A DNA stretch of 64,000 nt from positions 32,629 through 96,628 of the forward strand of contig CANGVA010000008.1 in NCBI GenBank assembly GCA_947457395.1. Direction: 5' to 3'. Origin of the DNA: Bacteroidota bacterium. GTDB taxonomy: Bacteria; Bacteroidota; Bacteroidia; UKL13-3. The notes under the pieces are model-generated. The model was not told where the DNA came from. It ran no database searches and saw only the letters and a list, made by a program, of their open reading frames with translations. This document shows positions 1 through 9,538 of this stretch, one piece after another. Both the position numbers and the translations under genes were made by a program. Each line of letters starts with the position of its first letter. Position 1 is the first letter of the stretch.

Positions 1-1263
1 GCTGGTGCTGAAGGTCGAAAAGAAGACACAAATGGAGATGGAAGGACTGAGGATGAAGAAATTCAAAAGGCAGATGACACTGAAAAGCATGCCAATCTTA
101 TGATTAATAATAAGAAGGGTGAGGAACTTAGGGCTAAGATTAATAAAGCGCGTCAAGATTTAATTGCCTTGGTTCCGAAAGACAAACAGGCTACTATCAA
201 ATCAGATTTGATTACTGATGATTTTAAGGAAGAGGGAGAGTTAAAGAAATGGGAATCAGTAATGTTTGAACATACACCAGCTGCTGCCGTTGTAACCCTG
301 TTAACTAAAATTCAGAATGATACCAGGAATACTGAAGCACAAGTGTTGGACATGTTAAAAGGTATGCTAACAGAAGATATTGTTGTGGTTGAAAATTTTA
401 CAGCTAAAGTAATTCCGAATAATGGAACATATATTACTCAGGGTGGTAAATATTCTGCTGACATCTTTCTGGCAGCATCCACAAGACAAGAGGCGAATAT
501 CACAGTTAATGGATCTGCTTTGAAAGTTGAAGGTGGCATAGGTAAGTATGAGCTTGTTGCTTCCGGAGAGGGTGAGAAAAAATATAAAGGTGTAATCACC
601 ACTAAACGATCTAATGGTAAAGTTGAAACTTATGATTTTGAAGGATCATATTTCGTTTTAAAACCGTTGGCTGTTATTTCTGCAACGAAAATGAATGTGG
701 TATATATTGGTTTAGAAAATCCGATAGCAGTATCAGTTCCAGGTTATTCTGCCAATGATGTGCAGGTTTCTGTAAGTTCAGGTGCTACTTTGACCCCTGA
801 TAAGGAAAAAGGAACATACCTCTTAAAAGTTACTGGTACAGCTCGTGAAGTGATTGTTTCCGCTTCTGTAAAGGATAAAATGACCAATGCAGTTAAAAAA
901 ATGGGTGAGCAAAAGTATCGCGTAAGGGCAGTTCCTGAGCCTCTTCCTCAACTTGGATCAATAAAGGCATCTGGTCCACAACCTGCAGGAGTTGTTAAAT
1001 CAGCACAATTCGTTTTGGCGATTCTAGAGAATTTCCCTTATGAAGGTATTAAATATACTCCTGTTTCATTTCAGTTAGGTTATTTCCCAAAAGTTGGTGC
1101 ATTCAAAGGTATGAATGGTGCTGGGCAGGCGTTAACTGCTGAAATGAAGGCAACCTTAAGCAGGGCGCAGCCTGGAGACAGAATTATTCTTGCTAACATG
1201 AAAGCACAAGGACCTGGTGGTTTAAGAGTTTTACCAAGTGCACTTGTAATCGATATTAAATAA
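1..1263 (+). CDS. gldM: Gliding motility / T9SS motor protein GldM (PorM), 5' end outside window
   Basis: Frame is open from base 1; GldM-like motifs 'FEHTPAAAVVTLLTKIQND' and 'KMNVVYIGLENPIAVSVPG'; directly followed by gldN. Confidence 0.9.
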   Translation, partial: AGAEGRKEDTNGDGRTEDEEIQKADDTEKHANLMINNKKGEELRAKINKARQDLIALVPKDKQATIKSDLITDDFKEEGELKKWESVMFEHTPAAAVVTLLTKIQNDTRNTEAQVLDMLKGMLTEDIVVVENFTAKVIPNNGTYITQGGKYSADIFLAASTRQEANITVNGSALKVEGGIGKYELVASGEGEKKYKGVITTKRSNGKVETYDFEGSYFVLKPLAVISATKMNVVYIGLENPIAVSVPGYSANDVQVSVSSGATLTPDKEKGTYLLKVTGTAREVIVSASVKDKMTNAVKKMGEQKYRVRAVPEPLPQLGSIKASGPQPAGVVKSAQFVLAILENFPYEGIKYTPVSFQLGYFPKVGAFKGMNGAGQALTAEMKATLSRAQPGDRIILANMKAQGPGGLRVLPSALVIDIK

Positions 1264-1270
1264 TAAAACC

Positions 1271-2140
1271 ATGATAAGAAGAGTAGCTTTATTGCTCATT
1301 TCCATTCTTGCACTAACAGATTTTGTATTAGCACAAGGAGTATATGATGATTTCATATACACTAGACAAGCTGTGCAAGAGCGCAAGGTTGTACCTTGGC
1401 CATATTTGCGTGAGGCTGATGTTTTTTGGGCAAAAAGGGTACACAGAATTATTGATACACGTGAAAAACAAAACATGTGCATGCAATGGCCTAAAAACCC
1501 ATTGAGTTTAATTCTTTATAATGCTGTTGTTGATGGTAAGTTAATTCCTTACAGAGAAGACTCGTTAACATCTTCGCTAACGGTGGAAGAATTTCTAGCT
1601 TTAGGTGCAGATACTTCTTATCCTAAAAATATCATAGATCCGAATGGTGATCCTGAAGATCCTTTTAATCAGAGAATAGATACGGTGGTAGACAGGTTAG
1701 ATCCAATCAGAAAAATAATAAAATTTCGTGTGGTTGAAGATTGGATATTTGATAAAAAAGAATCACGCATGTATGTAAGAATAATTGCTATTGCACCGCA
1801 GTACCGCCCGAAATTTGCCGGACAGGAAGTGGATCAGGATCAGGATTTGTGTGTTTTAAAATACCACAGAGATGCAAGTGACCCCGACAATTACGATATC
1901 AGAGAAATTCTTGTAAACATGGAGGTGTTTAATAGGGGTAATGATGCTGCTCGTATTACTTTCGATGATTGGTTTGAACAAAGAATGTTCAGTAGCTATA
2001 TTATCAAAGAAGCCAATCAGTATGATAGAAAAATAAGTGAAATGGAGGAATTCAAAGATAATGGACTTGCAGCTTTACTAGAATCAGAGCGTATTAAGCA
2101 TGACTTATTTGAAAGAGAGCACGATCTTTGGGAATATTAA
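1271..2140 (+). CDS. gldN: Gliding motility / T9SS protein GldN (PorN)
   Basis: Signal peptide; 'LREADVFWAKRVHRIID', 'EDWIFDKKESRMYVRIIAIAP'; C-terminal 'EHDLWEY'. Confidence 0.92.
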   Translation: MIRRVALLLISILALTDFVLAQGVYDDFIYTRQAVQERKVVPWPYLREADVFWAKRVHRIIDTREKQNMCMQWPKNPLSLILYNAVVDGKLIPYREDSLTSSLTVEEFLALGADTSYPKNIIDPNGDPEDPFNQRIDTVVDRLDPIRKIIKFRVVEDWIFDKKESRMYVRIIAIAPQYRPKFAGQEVDQDQDLCVLKYHRDASDPDNYDIREILVNMEVFNRGNDAARITFDDWFEQRMFSSYIIKEANQYDRKISEMEEFKDNGLAALLESERIKHDLFEREHDLWEY

Positions 2141-2157
2141 GAATTAAATAATTATGT

Positions 2158-2188
2158 AAAATCCCGGCCATTTGGTCGGGATTTTTTT
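2158..2188. terminator. Intrinsic terminator between convergent gldN and dtd
   Basis: AAAATCCCGGCC-ATTT-GGTCGGGATTTTTTT hairpin with A and T tracts. Confidence 0.8.
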
Positions 2189-2639
2189 ATTCCTTCAGTT
2201 TTGAATCAATAATGATAGTAACAGGCCCATCATTGATTAAGTTAATTTGCATATCTGCCCCGAATCTGCCTGTTTTAATTACTACTTTAACTATACCTTC
2301 TAGTTTCCTAATAAAGTACTCATATAGTGGAATGGCCTTCTCTGGCCTTGCTGATTTGATAAACGAAGGCCTGTTTCCCTTTTTGGTTGATGCAAATAAA
2401 GTAAATTGACTGATAATCATTAACTCGCCTTTAGTATCATTAACCGATAAATTCATCAATCCTTGTTGGTCAGAAAAAATCCTTAATCCGGCAACCTTTG
2501 TAGCAAGCCAATCTGCATCAGATTCATTGTCATCTTCTTCAATGCCAATTAGAATACAAAGTCCAGTTCCTATTTCGGCATACACTTTTTGTTCAATATG
2601 CACGGTCGCTTTTGTTACTCGCTGCACAACTAATCTCAT
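2187..2639 (-). CDS. dtd: D-aminoacyl-tRNA deacylase
   Basis: 'MRLVVQRV', 'SQFTL', 'NDGPVT' motifs. Confidence 0.95.
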   Translation of the reverse strand: MRLVVQRVTKATVHIEQKVYAEIGTGLCILIGIEEDDNESDADWLATKVAGLRIFSDQQGLMNLSVNDTKGELMIISQFTLFASTKKGNRPSFIKSARPEKAIPLYEYFIRKLEGIVKVVIKTGRFGADMQINLINDGPVTIIIDSKLKE

Positions 2640-2641
2640 AA

Positions 2642-3559
2642 CTATGCGTATAAATCTTCGTTTGCAAGGATGCCTAGATAACTGTGATATCGCTCTGTAG
2701 TAATCATCCCTTTTTCTACTGCAGCCTGAACGGCACAGCCGGGTTCATCCTTATGTAGGCAGTTGTTAAATTTACAGGTTCCAATAAGCGGTTTCATTTC
2801 TTTGAAATAATGAGATAATTCAGCGTCTTCAATGTCAATAATGCCAAATTCCCTGATGCCCGGGGTGTCTATTATAAAACCTCCATTGCTTAGCTCCAGC
2901 ATTTCAGCAAAAGTGGTTGTATGCTGCCCTTTTAGATGGTAATTTGATAAAGCACCTGTTTTAAGATTCAGCTTTGAATCCAGTTTGTTTAATAAAGTAG
3001 ATTTACCAACACCGGAATGGCCCGTTAATAGTGTGGTCTTATCTTTTAGCAAATCTCGGAGTGTCTCCAATCCTTCTCCTGTTTTTGCCGATGTTTTTAT
3101 GCAGGTATAGCCAACTTTCTCATAAAGTTTAATGCTATCTTCCAGCACAGCTTCTAATTCATCTGTGCATAAATCACACTTATTAAATACAATGATTGCA
3201 GGTATATGGTAGGCTTCTGCTGTTAGCAAAAACCGGTCAATAAAACCAAGTGAAGTTTGAGGGAAGGCAATAGTGGTAACCAATATAGCTTGATCAAGAT
3301 TGCTGGCAATAATATGTGTTTGCTTAGATAGATTGCTGGCTTTGCGTATGATATAGTTCTTTCTGGGCTCAATACTATCGATAATACCTGTTTCTTGGCC
3401 GGGTTCAATTTCAAAGTTTACATAATCTCCCACAGTAATAGGGTTAGTATGCTTTAACCCCTCTAACCTAAATTTACCCTTTATCCGGCAGGCAATATTT
3501 TTTGCACCAAGTTTTACCTGATACCAGCTGCCTGTTGATTTTGTAACCAGTCCTTTCAT
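2642..3559 (-). CDS. rsgA: Ribosome small subunit-dependent GTPase A
   Basis: Circularly permuted GTPase (NKCD, GHSGVGKS, GQHTTT, DTPG) with C-terminal Zn finger CKFNNCLHKDEPGC. Confidence 0.95.
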   Translation of the reverse strand: MKGLVTKSTGSWYQVKLGAKNIACRIKGKFRLEGLKHTNPITVGDYVNFEIEPGQETGIIDSIEPRKNYIIRKASNLSKQTHIIASNLDQAILVTTIAFPQTSLGFIDRFLLTAEAYHIPAIIVFNKCDLCTDELEAVLEDSIKLYEKVGYTCIKTSAKTGEGLETLRDLLKDKTTLLTGHSGVGKSTLLNKLDSKLNLKTGALSNYHLKGQHTTTFAEMLELSNGGFIIDTPGIREFGIIDIEDAELSHYFKEMKPLIGTCKFNNCLHKDEPGCAVQAAVEKGMITTERYHSYLGILANEDLYA

Positions 3560-3933
3560 TGTTTTGCTAATGATATGATTTCATAACCTAGCCAAACAGA
3601 TAATAAACCGATTATATTGCTTCCGGCAATATAAAGAAAGGCAATTTTGTAAGCCTGATGCTTTAAAAGCATATACGTTTCTGCTCCGAAACCGGAGAAT
3701 GTGGTAAAACCACCGAGAAAACCTGTAGTAAGGAAAAGTTCAATGGCTGAAAACCCTTTGGATTGGCTCAAATAACTGCAGCTGAAGCCAATTATGAAAC
3801 AGCCGCTAATATTTACAAGAAACGTATGCCAAGGGAATATACCGGGATCAATTGGCTTTATCCAAAGTCCAATCAAATAACGACAGCATGCACCCAACGC
3901 TCCGCCAATGGCTACTATTAAAAGGGGTTTCAT
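3556..3933 (-). CDS. crcB: Fluoride efflux channel FluC/CrcB
   Basis: 'GGALGACCRY' and 'GFLGGFTTFS' motifs; four hydrophobic segments. Confidence 0.92.
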   Translation of the reverse strand: MKPLLIVAIGGALGACCRYLIGLWIKPIDPGIFPWHTFLVNISGCFIIGFSCSYLSQSKGFSAIELFLTTGFLGGFTTFSGFGAETYMLLKHQAYKIAFLYIAGSNIIGLLSVWLGYEIISLAKQ

Positions 3934-3950
3934 GGGTGCTAAGATACACT

Positions 3951-4535
3951 TTAAATATAAATTAGACCTTCATGTAACTGTCCGAAACTTTGATTGGTTT
4001 TGTTTTTGATGCGGTAAGCAATCAGCCAACATATCAATGCATCAGCATAGTGCCAGTTAGGTATTTCAAATGCCGGTAAATTTACATCAAATTTGTGCTT
4101 GAGTATTTCAATAAATTGTGGTGTTAATTCTTTCTCCTTCTTATTATATGAATCTGTCAGTTTAAATTCTTTTACAAAACCTCCGGGGTAACCCTCATAA
4201 AACTTAATGCCATGCAACACGGGGTCGTTTTTTAGTTTGATGGCTCGGGCAGTGAGCCCGCCTAGAAACATTGGCGACATGGCATTTAAGGCCTTATCGG
4301 AATGACGATAAAAATAATCTGTGCAGTCGGGCAAATTGTAATAAATTCCTGGAAGTGTGAGCGGGGCATCAATACAAACAAGTTCCGGCTTTATATTTAA
4401 AAGCATCAACTGAAGAAACTGATCTGCATCCTGTTTTACACGTGTGCCAACCAAATTTAGTTTCTCCGGATGATAACCATAACAGATTACCGTTGTTCCT
4501 GCAGTTTTACTACCATAATCAATACCTGCCAGCAT
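3951..4535 (-). CDS. DUF429-like protein, predicted RNase H-fold nuclease
   Basis: N-terminal 'AGIDYG', 'IDAPL', 'EGYPG' and 'DAL' acidic motifs typical of DUF429. Confidence 0.55.
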   Translation of the reverse strand: MLAGIDYGSKTAGTTVICYGYHPEKLNLVGTRVKQDADQFLQLMLLNIKPELVCIDAPLTLPGIYYNLPDCTDYFYRHSDKALNAMSPMFLGGLTARAIKLKNDPVLHGIKFYEGYPGGFVKEFKLTDSYNKKEKELTPQFIEILKHKFDVNLPAFEIPNWHYADALICWLIAYRIKNKTNQSFGQLHEGLIYI

Positions 4536-4679
4536 TTATTTGTTTTTATTTTTTTTACAACGTTCACTGCAATATTTCACCTCATCCCATACCAATGACC
4601 ATTTTTTTCTCCAGGTGAATGGTCTTGAACATATTTCACATGTTTTTGAGGGTAAATGCTGTTTTTTTACACCTTTCAT
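4536..4679 (-). CDS. DUF2256 family small Cys-rich protein (47 aa, absent from the ORF track)
   Basis: Manual translation MKGVKKQHLPSKTCEICSRPFTWRKKWSLVWDEVKYCSERCKKNKNK; CxxC-RPFxWRKKW-VKYCSxRC signature; ATGA overlap with the upstream gene. Confidence 0.9.
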   Translation of the reverse strand: MKGVKKQHLPSKTCEICSRPFTWRKKWSLVWDEVKYCSERCKKNKNK

Positions 4680-4948
4680 CTTTTGCTTATCTTATTGCCG
4701 GATATGGCTCTTTGTCGGCTGCACTTAAATCTGCTAATCTCTTCACTTCTTTTGTATCTGTGTTTTTGTGATATACCTTGATTTACTCTCTTGCGCCAAA
4801 GCCTCCAGCTGGATGGTTTGAGTTGTTGACGCATTAATCTCACCACATCGGCCTCCGTTAATCCAAATTGCAGATGTATTGCCTCAAAGGGAGTCCTATC
4901 TTCCCAGGCCATCTCAATTACTCTGTCTATTTGTTCGGCTGAAAGCAT
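4676..4948 (-). CDS. TIGR03643 / DUF2805 family protein
   Basis: 'IDRVIEMAWEDRTPFEAI' and 'WRLWRKRV'; ATG at 4948 preferred as start. Confidence 0.85.
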   Translation of the reverse strand: MLSAEQIDRVIEMAWEDRTPFEAIHLQFGLTEADVVRLMRQQLKPSSWRLWRKRVNQGISQKHRYKRSEEISRFKCSRQRAISGNKISKR

Positions 4949-4988
4949 GAATCCTAAACATCTTACATTTATGAATGTTTTAAGTATC

Positions 4989-6520
4989 ATGGATAAACAA
5001 AAGGTAGTTGTGTTATGGTTTAAGCGTGACCTGCGTATAACAGATCACAGGCCTGCAGCTATGGCAATAGCTCACGGATTACCGGTTCTTTGTCTATATG
5101 TATATGAACCTGATTTATTGCAGCATCCCGATAGTGATATTAGGCATTGGCGCTTTGCACACCAAAGCATCGGGCAGTTGGATCAGTACTTACAAACATT
5201 CCATCAACGTGTGCTTGAGTGGTATGGCAATGTGCTTGATGTCCTCGAGTATATTCAGCGTCATTATTCGATTGAAGCAATCTACAGTCATGAAGAAATT
5301 GGGGTTGGGATAAGCTTTGAAAGAGATAAAGCTGTAGCAAAATGGTGTCATCATCATGGGGCAAAATGGATTGAATCTCCTACCAATGGTATTATTCGAG
5401 GTTTAAAAAGCAGAAAGAGCTGGCAAACCAAATGGTATGATACCATGCGGGCGGAAATCGTTCATCCGGATTGGATACATATAAGGCCCGCACCAATTAC
5501 TTTGCTAAACAATAAAGATTTTGAATTGCCGCCTGAATTTAAAGCAGCTGTTGCAAGGCATGAGCCACTTTTTCAATTCGGAGGGTTTCTCCATGCACGT
5601 GAGGTGTTGGCATCTTTTCTTCATAATCGCATATGGCAATACAGTTCATCCATTTCAAAACCTCATGAAAGCAGAGATGGATGCAGCAGGCTATCAGCAC
5701 ATTTAGCTTGGGGTAATTTGAGTATAAGGGAGGTTTATCAGGCAGCAGTTTCTGCAGCGGGGCAATACCCACCAAAAAGCAGGCAAATACAGTTTTTTAT
5801 TACCAGACTATTTTGGCACTGCCACTTTATACAAAAGTTTGAATCGCACAGCACAATGGAGTTTGAAAACGTAAATAAGGGATATGACCTGATACGGAAC
5901 GATCGAAATGAATTTTATATAGAGGCTTGGCGTAATGGCCAAACCGGTTATCCGCTGGTGGATGCCAGCATGGAATGCTTGCGCCAAACAGGTTATATTA
6001 ATTTCAGGATGCGGGCTATGCTCGTAAGTTTTCTCACCCATAACTTATGGCAGCACTGGGAAACCGGGGTACATCATCTGGCATCTCTTTTTTAGATTAC
6101 GAGCCGGGTATTCATTACCCGCAATTTCAGATGCAGGCAGGTACCATGGGCGTGCACACCATCAGAACTTATAATCCGGTGAAACAAGCGAAGGAGAAAG
6201 ACCCATCGGCCGTATTTATAAAGACCTGGCTTCCTCAATTAGCAGCATTACCTTTACCATTTGTGCATGAGCCATGGGAAATGAGCATGCAGGAACAAAA
6301 AAAGTATGGTGTTTTGCTTGGGGTGGATTATCCTGAGCCAATTATTGATTATAAAATGAGTGCAGCAGAGGCTTCCAGACGCTTATGGGAAATGAAGCGG
6401 CAAAAACAAGTAAAAGCCAATAATGCTGAAGTGCTGGAGAAACTAAGTTTGCGAAAATCTGATGCTGAGCATCCAATTAAGCGTCAAAAAAGCGTAGATT
6501 TAAATTTTAAACTCTTTTAG
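4989..6520 (+). pseudogene. Cryptochrome/DNA photolyase family protein split by a 1-nt frameshift at 6088-6093 (true pseudogene or sequencing error)
   Basis: 'WFKRDLR', 'SRLSAHLAWG', 'GYINFRMRAML' in ORF1 and 'DYEPGIHYPQFQMQAG', 'YPEPII' in ORF2; one extra T in the T6 run restores ASLFLDYEPG. Confidence 0.85.
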
Positions 6521-6522
6521 CC

Positions 6523-7434
6523 ATGAAAGCCATCATCGACTTGGGAACAAATACCTTTCATCTGTTAATTGCCAATTTAAATGGGTCGGCAATTGATATC
6601 ATAGAAAAAGTTCAGATTCCTGTTAAGATTGGTGAAGGTGGGATTAATAACCAGCAAATAAGTGAAGCGGCATTTAAAAGGGGTATGCAAGCACTAGAGT
6701 TGTTTAGCGAAGTGATCAAAAAACATGATTTAACTGAGATAAAAGCATTTGGCACTTCTGCTATTCGTGATGCAGAAAATGGAGCAAAATTTATTCAGCA
6801 GGCAGTTGATTTAGGTATTCCCATCGAAGCAATATCCGGTGATGCCGAAGCACAGTTAATTTATGAGGGAGTAAAACACTCCATGACTATGCCTGAGCAG
6901 CCTGTATTGGTAATGGATATAGGTGGAGGAAGTGTTGAGTTTATAATAGGCATGAAGGATCAGATTTTATGGAAAGAGAGTTTTAAACTGGGGGCAGCCC
7001 GTTTGATTGAACGTTTTCATTTAACCAACCCTATAACAACGGATGAAGTATTAAAACTTTCTCTTTTTATTGAGGAGTCGCTAGCATCCTTGTGGCAATC
7101 ATTGAATCTGTATCCTGCATCAATTCTTATCGGATCGGCAGGTTCTTTTGAAACACTGGTTGAGGTGCTTGAAAAGGATCTGAATGAAAATTGTCCTGCC
7201 TTATCTGCACATGCGCACCTTGTCTCTACAAAGCAGCTTAATCAATTCTGTGCGCTCATGAAGCAGTGCAATTCCAGTGAGCGTGCATCACTGAAAGGAA
7301 TGGCTTCTTTCAGGGTTGATATGATAGTGGCTGCTGCTATTCTGATGGAAGTAGTTGTTGCAAAAGCCTCCATCAGACAGGTGATCTCATCGGCTTATGC
7401 TTTAAAGGAAGGGATGCTTTTTTCTATGCGTTAA
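6523..7434 (+). CDS. ppx: Ppx/GppA family exopolyphosphatase
   Basis: 'IDLGTNTFHL', 'GTSAIRDAEN', 'DIGGGSVE', 'LKEG'. Confidence 0.88.
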   Translation: MKAIIDLGTNTFHLLIANLNGSAIDIIEKVQIPVKIGEGGINNQQISEAAFKRGMQALELFSEVIKKHDLTEIKAFGTSAIRDAENGAKFIQQAVDLGIPIEAISGDAEAQLIYEGVKHSMTMPEQPVLVMDIGGGSVEFIIGMKDQILWKESFKLGAARLIERFHLTNPITTDEVLKLSLFIEESLASLWQSLNLYPASILIGSAGSFETLVEVLEKDLNENCPALSAHAHLVSTKQLNQFCALMKQCNSSERASLKGMASFRVDMIVAAAILMEVVVAKASIRQVISSAYALKEGMLFSMR

Positions 7435-8348
7435 CTCAGGATAATGGTCTTCCCTTCGGTTGCCAATTCTGTATTTTCAAATACTGATTTTGCTTCATTC
7501 AGCAATACATTTAAGTCATCGTATCTCGAAGAGAAGTGCCCTATGAGTAATTGCTCTACTGCTGCGGCTGAGCCAATCTGTCCTGCCTGTAATGCGGTAG
7601 TATGCATGGTTTCTTCTGCCCTGTTAAGTTTTTCATGTAAGAACGTGGCTTCATGATAAAGCAATTTAACCTGCCCTACATGTTTAATTGTATCATGATG
7701 GTAGCAGGTATCAGAGCAATAAGCGTATCGTATGGGTTTACCATTGTCAAATGTAAGCTCGTGGTTAGGGATAATTATCTTTCCTTCATTTTCAAAATAA
7801 TCTTTTCCTGTCTTCAGTTCATAGTAGTATGATACAGGTATTTCATGTTTTTTACACGCCTCTGCATTCAGTTTTCTGGGTCTGTCAATTTCTTCAAATA
7901 AAAAGCCTGTGGTAGGTATGCGATGGTGCAGCGGAAAGGAACTTACACGCAGGCGTTCATTTTGAAAGATAACTTCCTTTTCCTGGTCTTGTGTAAGGTG
8001 TTTTATAATTGCAAAATGCAGTTTGGTATCACTGCTTTTTAAGAATAAGTCAAGTATTTCAAATAATGAGGCGGGTCCGAAAATATGCAGCGGATTTGTT
8101 CTTCCGTTGAGATTCATTGAAAAGATGAGACCTGGTAAGCCTAAAATATGATCACCATGTATGTGGCTAATGAAAATATAGTCAAGTTTAGATTTTTTGA
8201 TTTTGTATTTACTCATCTGCATCTGTGCGCCTTCCCCGCAATCAATAAGCATATGGTGCTCAAGAAAATGAAGGTACTGTGCAGATGGGAAACGATTCGG
8301 GGTGGGTGTAGCCGAACTACTTCCGAGAATGGTTAGTTCAAAACTCAT
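7431..8348 (-). CDS. rnz: Ribonuclease Z
   Basis: 'DCGEGAQ', HxHxDH (SHIHGDH), 'YHEATF', 'GHFSSRY'. Confidence 0.93.
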   Translation of the reverse strand: MSFELTILGSSSATPTPNRFPSAQYLHFLEHHMLIDCGEGAQMQMSKYKIKKSKLDYIFISHIHGDHILGLPGLIFSMNLNGRTNPLHIFGPASLFEILDLFLKSSDTKLHFAIIKHLTQDQEKEVIFQNERLRVSSFPLHHRIPTTGFLFEEIDRPRKLNAEACKKHEIPVSYYYELKTGKDYFENEGKIIIPNHELTFDNGKPIRYAYCSDTCYHHDTIKHVGQVKLLYHEATFLHEKLNRAEETMHTTALQAGQIGSAAAVEQLLIGHFSSRYDDLNVLLNEAKSVFENTELATEGKTIILS

Positions 8349-8725
8349 ACTTTGGGAGAGTCATTATCCAAATCAAGGTATTGTTTTTCCAGCTGATCCA
8401 TAAAAACAAAATCAATGGCTTCCATATCTGTTGGTATAAATGTGATATCTGCTTTATTAAAAAGGCGGGTAAAATGATCATCTGCATGGGTTAAAATTAG
8501 CATCCCATCAGTATTTCTTAGATCCAGTGCCAGTTGTATTAATTCACGGGTACCCTCTGCATTGCATTCTTTAACACCTTCTATATTCACAATTACGTAT
8601 TTGCTGTTACTTGCCACCTCATGCAATACTTTTTCACGAAGCTTATGACAGGTATGCTGATTCATTACCGTGAGGTCTGTTTTAATAAGCGAATAATGCT
8701 CATTTTTCTCAATTGTGTAATTCAT
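8345..8725 (-). CDS. STAS-like (anti-sigma-factor antagonist) domain protein
   Basis: Size and pattern; C-terminal 'IPTxxEAIDFVFMDQLE' typical of the Bacteroidota STAS protein upstream of rnz. Confidence 0.6.
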   Translation of the reverse strand: MNYTIEKNEHYSLIKTDLTVMNQHTCHKLREKVLHEVASNSKYVIVNIEGVKECNAEGTRELIQLALDLRNTDGMLILTHADDHFTRLFNKADITFIPTDMEAIDFVFMDQLEKQYLDLDNDSPKV

Positions 8726-8776
8726 AGGGTAAATTTAAGCCAGCATTTATATTTTTACAATCTTTTTTAAATAAAA

Positions 8777-9538
8777 ATGAGCAGCAAAGTAGTATTTATT
8801 ACAGGTGCTTCATCAGGTTTAGGTGAAGCAGCAGCCAGGCAACTAGCATCGGAAGGTTACACATTGATACTTGCCGCTCGCAGAATCGATAAGCTTCAAC
8901 ACTTAGCTGATGAGCTTTTGCAGCGATACGGTGCATTATGTTATTGTATGGAGTTGGATGTGCGGCAAAGAGATAAAGTGAAAAAAGTGATTACCGGATT
9001 GCCTGAGAAGTGGAAGAAAATAGATGTACTAATTAATAATGCCGGACTTGCAAGTGGTTTATCATCCATTGAGAATGGGGATGTAGATGATTGGGATGTT
9101 ATGATAGATACGAATATAAAGGGTTTACTTTATGTTACGCGTCAGGTACTTCCGCTGATGATTGAAAACGGTGGAAGCCATGTCATCAATATTAGTTCAA
9201 TTGCAGGTAAAGAAGTGTATGCAAACGGTAATGTATATTGTGCAACAAAGCATGCTGTTGATGCCTTAAATAAGGCTATGCGTATGGAGCTGGTAAAATA
9301 TCCGATTAAGGTTACTGCAATAAATCCTGGAGCAGTTGAAACAGAATTTAGTATTGTGCGCTTTCACGGAGATGAAGAACGCGCCAAAAAGGTATATGAG
9401 GGCTTTGATAGTCTGCTAGCAGCTGATATTGCAGAGGCAATTAGCTTTGTTTTATCACGGCCGGCACATGTAAACATTAACGAACTTACAATTATGCCAA
9501 CTGCACAGGCAGTAGCGGGAGTGATTCACAGAAAATAA
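8777..9538 (+). CDS. SDR oxidoreductase (YdfG-like)
   Basis: TGASSGLG, NNAG, YxxxK (YCATK), 'RPAHVNI'. Confidence 0.9.
   Translation: MSSKVVFITGASSGLGEAAARQLASEGYTLILAARRIDKLQHLADELLQRYGALCYCMELDVRQRDKVKKVITGLPEKWKKIDVLINNAGLASGLSSIENGDVDDWDVMIDTNIKGLLYVTRQVLPLMIENGGSHVINISSIAGKEVYANGNVYCATKHAVDALNKAMRMELVKYPIKVTAINPGAVETEFSIVRFHGDEERAKKVYEGFDSLLAADIAEAISFVLSRPAHVNINELTIMPTAQAVAGVIHRK

Noticed and set aside
3934-3950. Fluoride riboswitch upstream of crcB
   Set aside because: Only 17 nt of intergenic sequence and no recognisable riboswitch motif.
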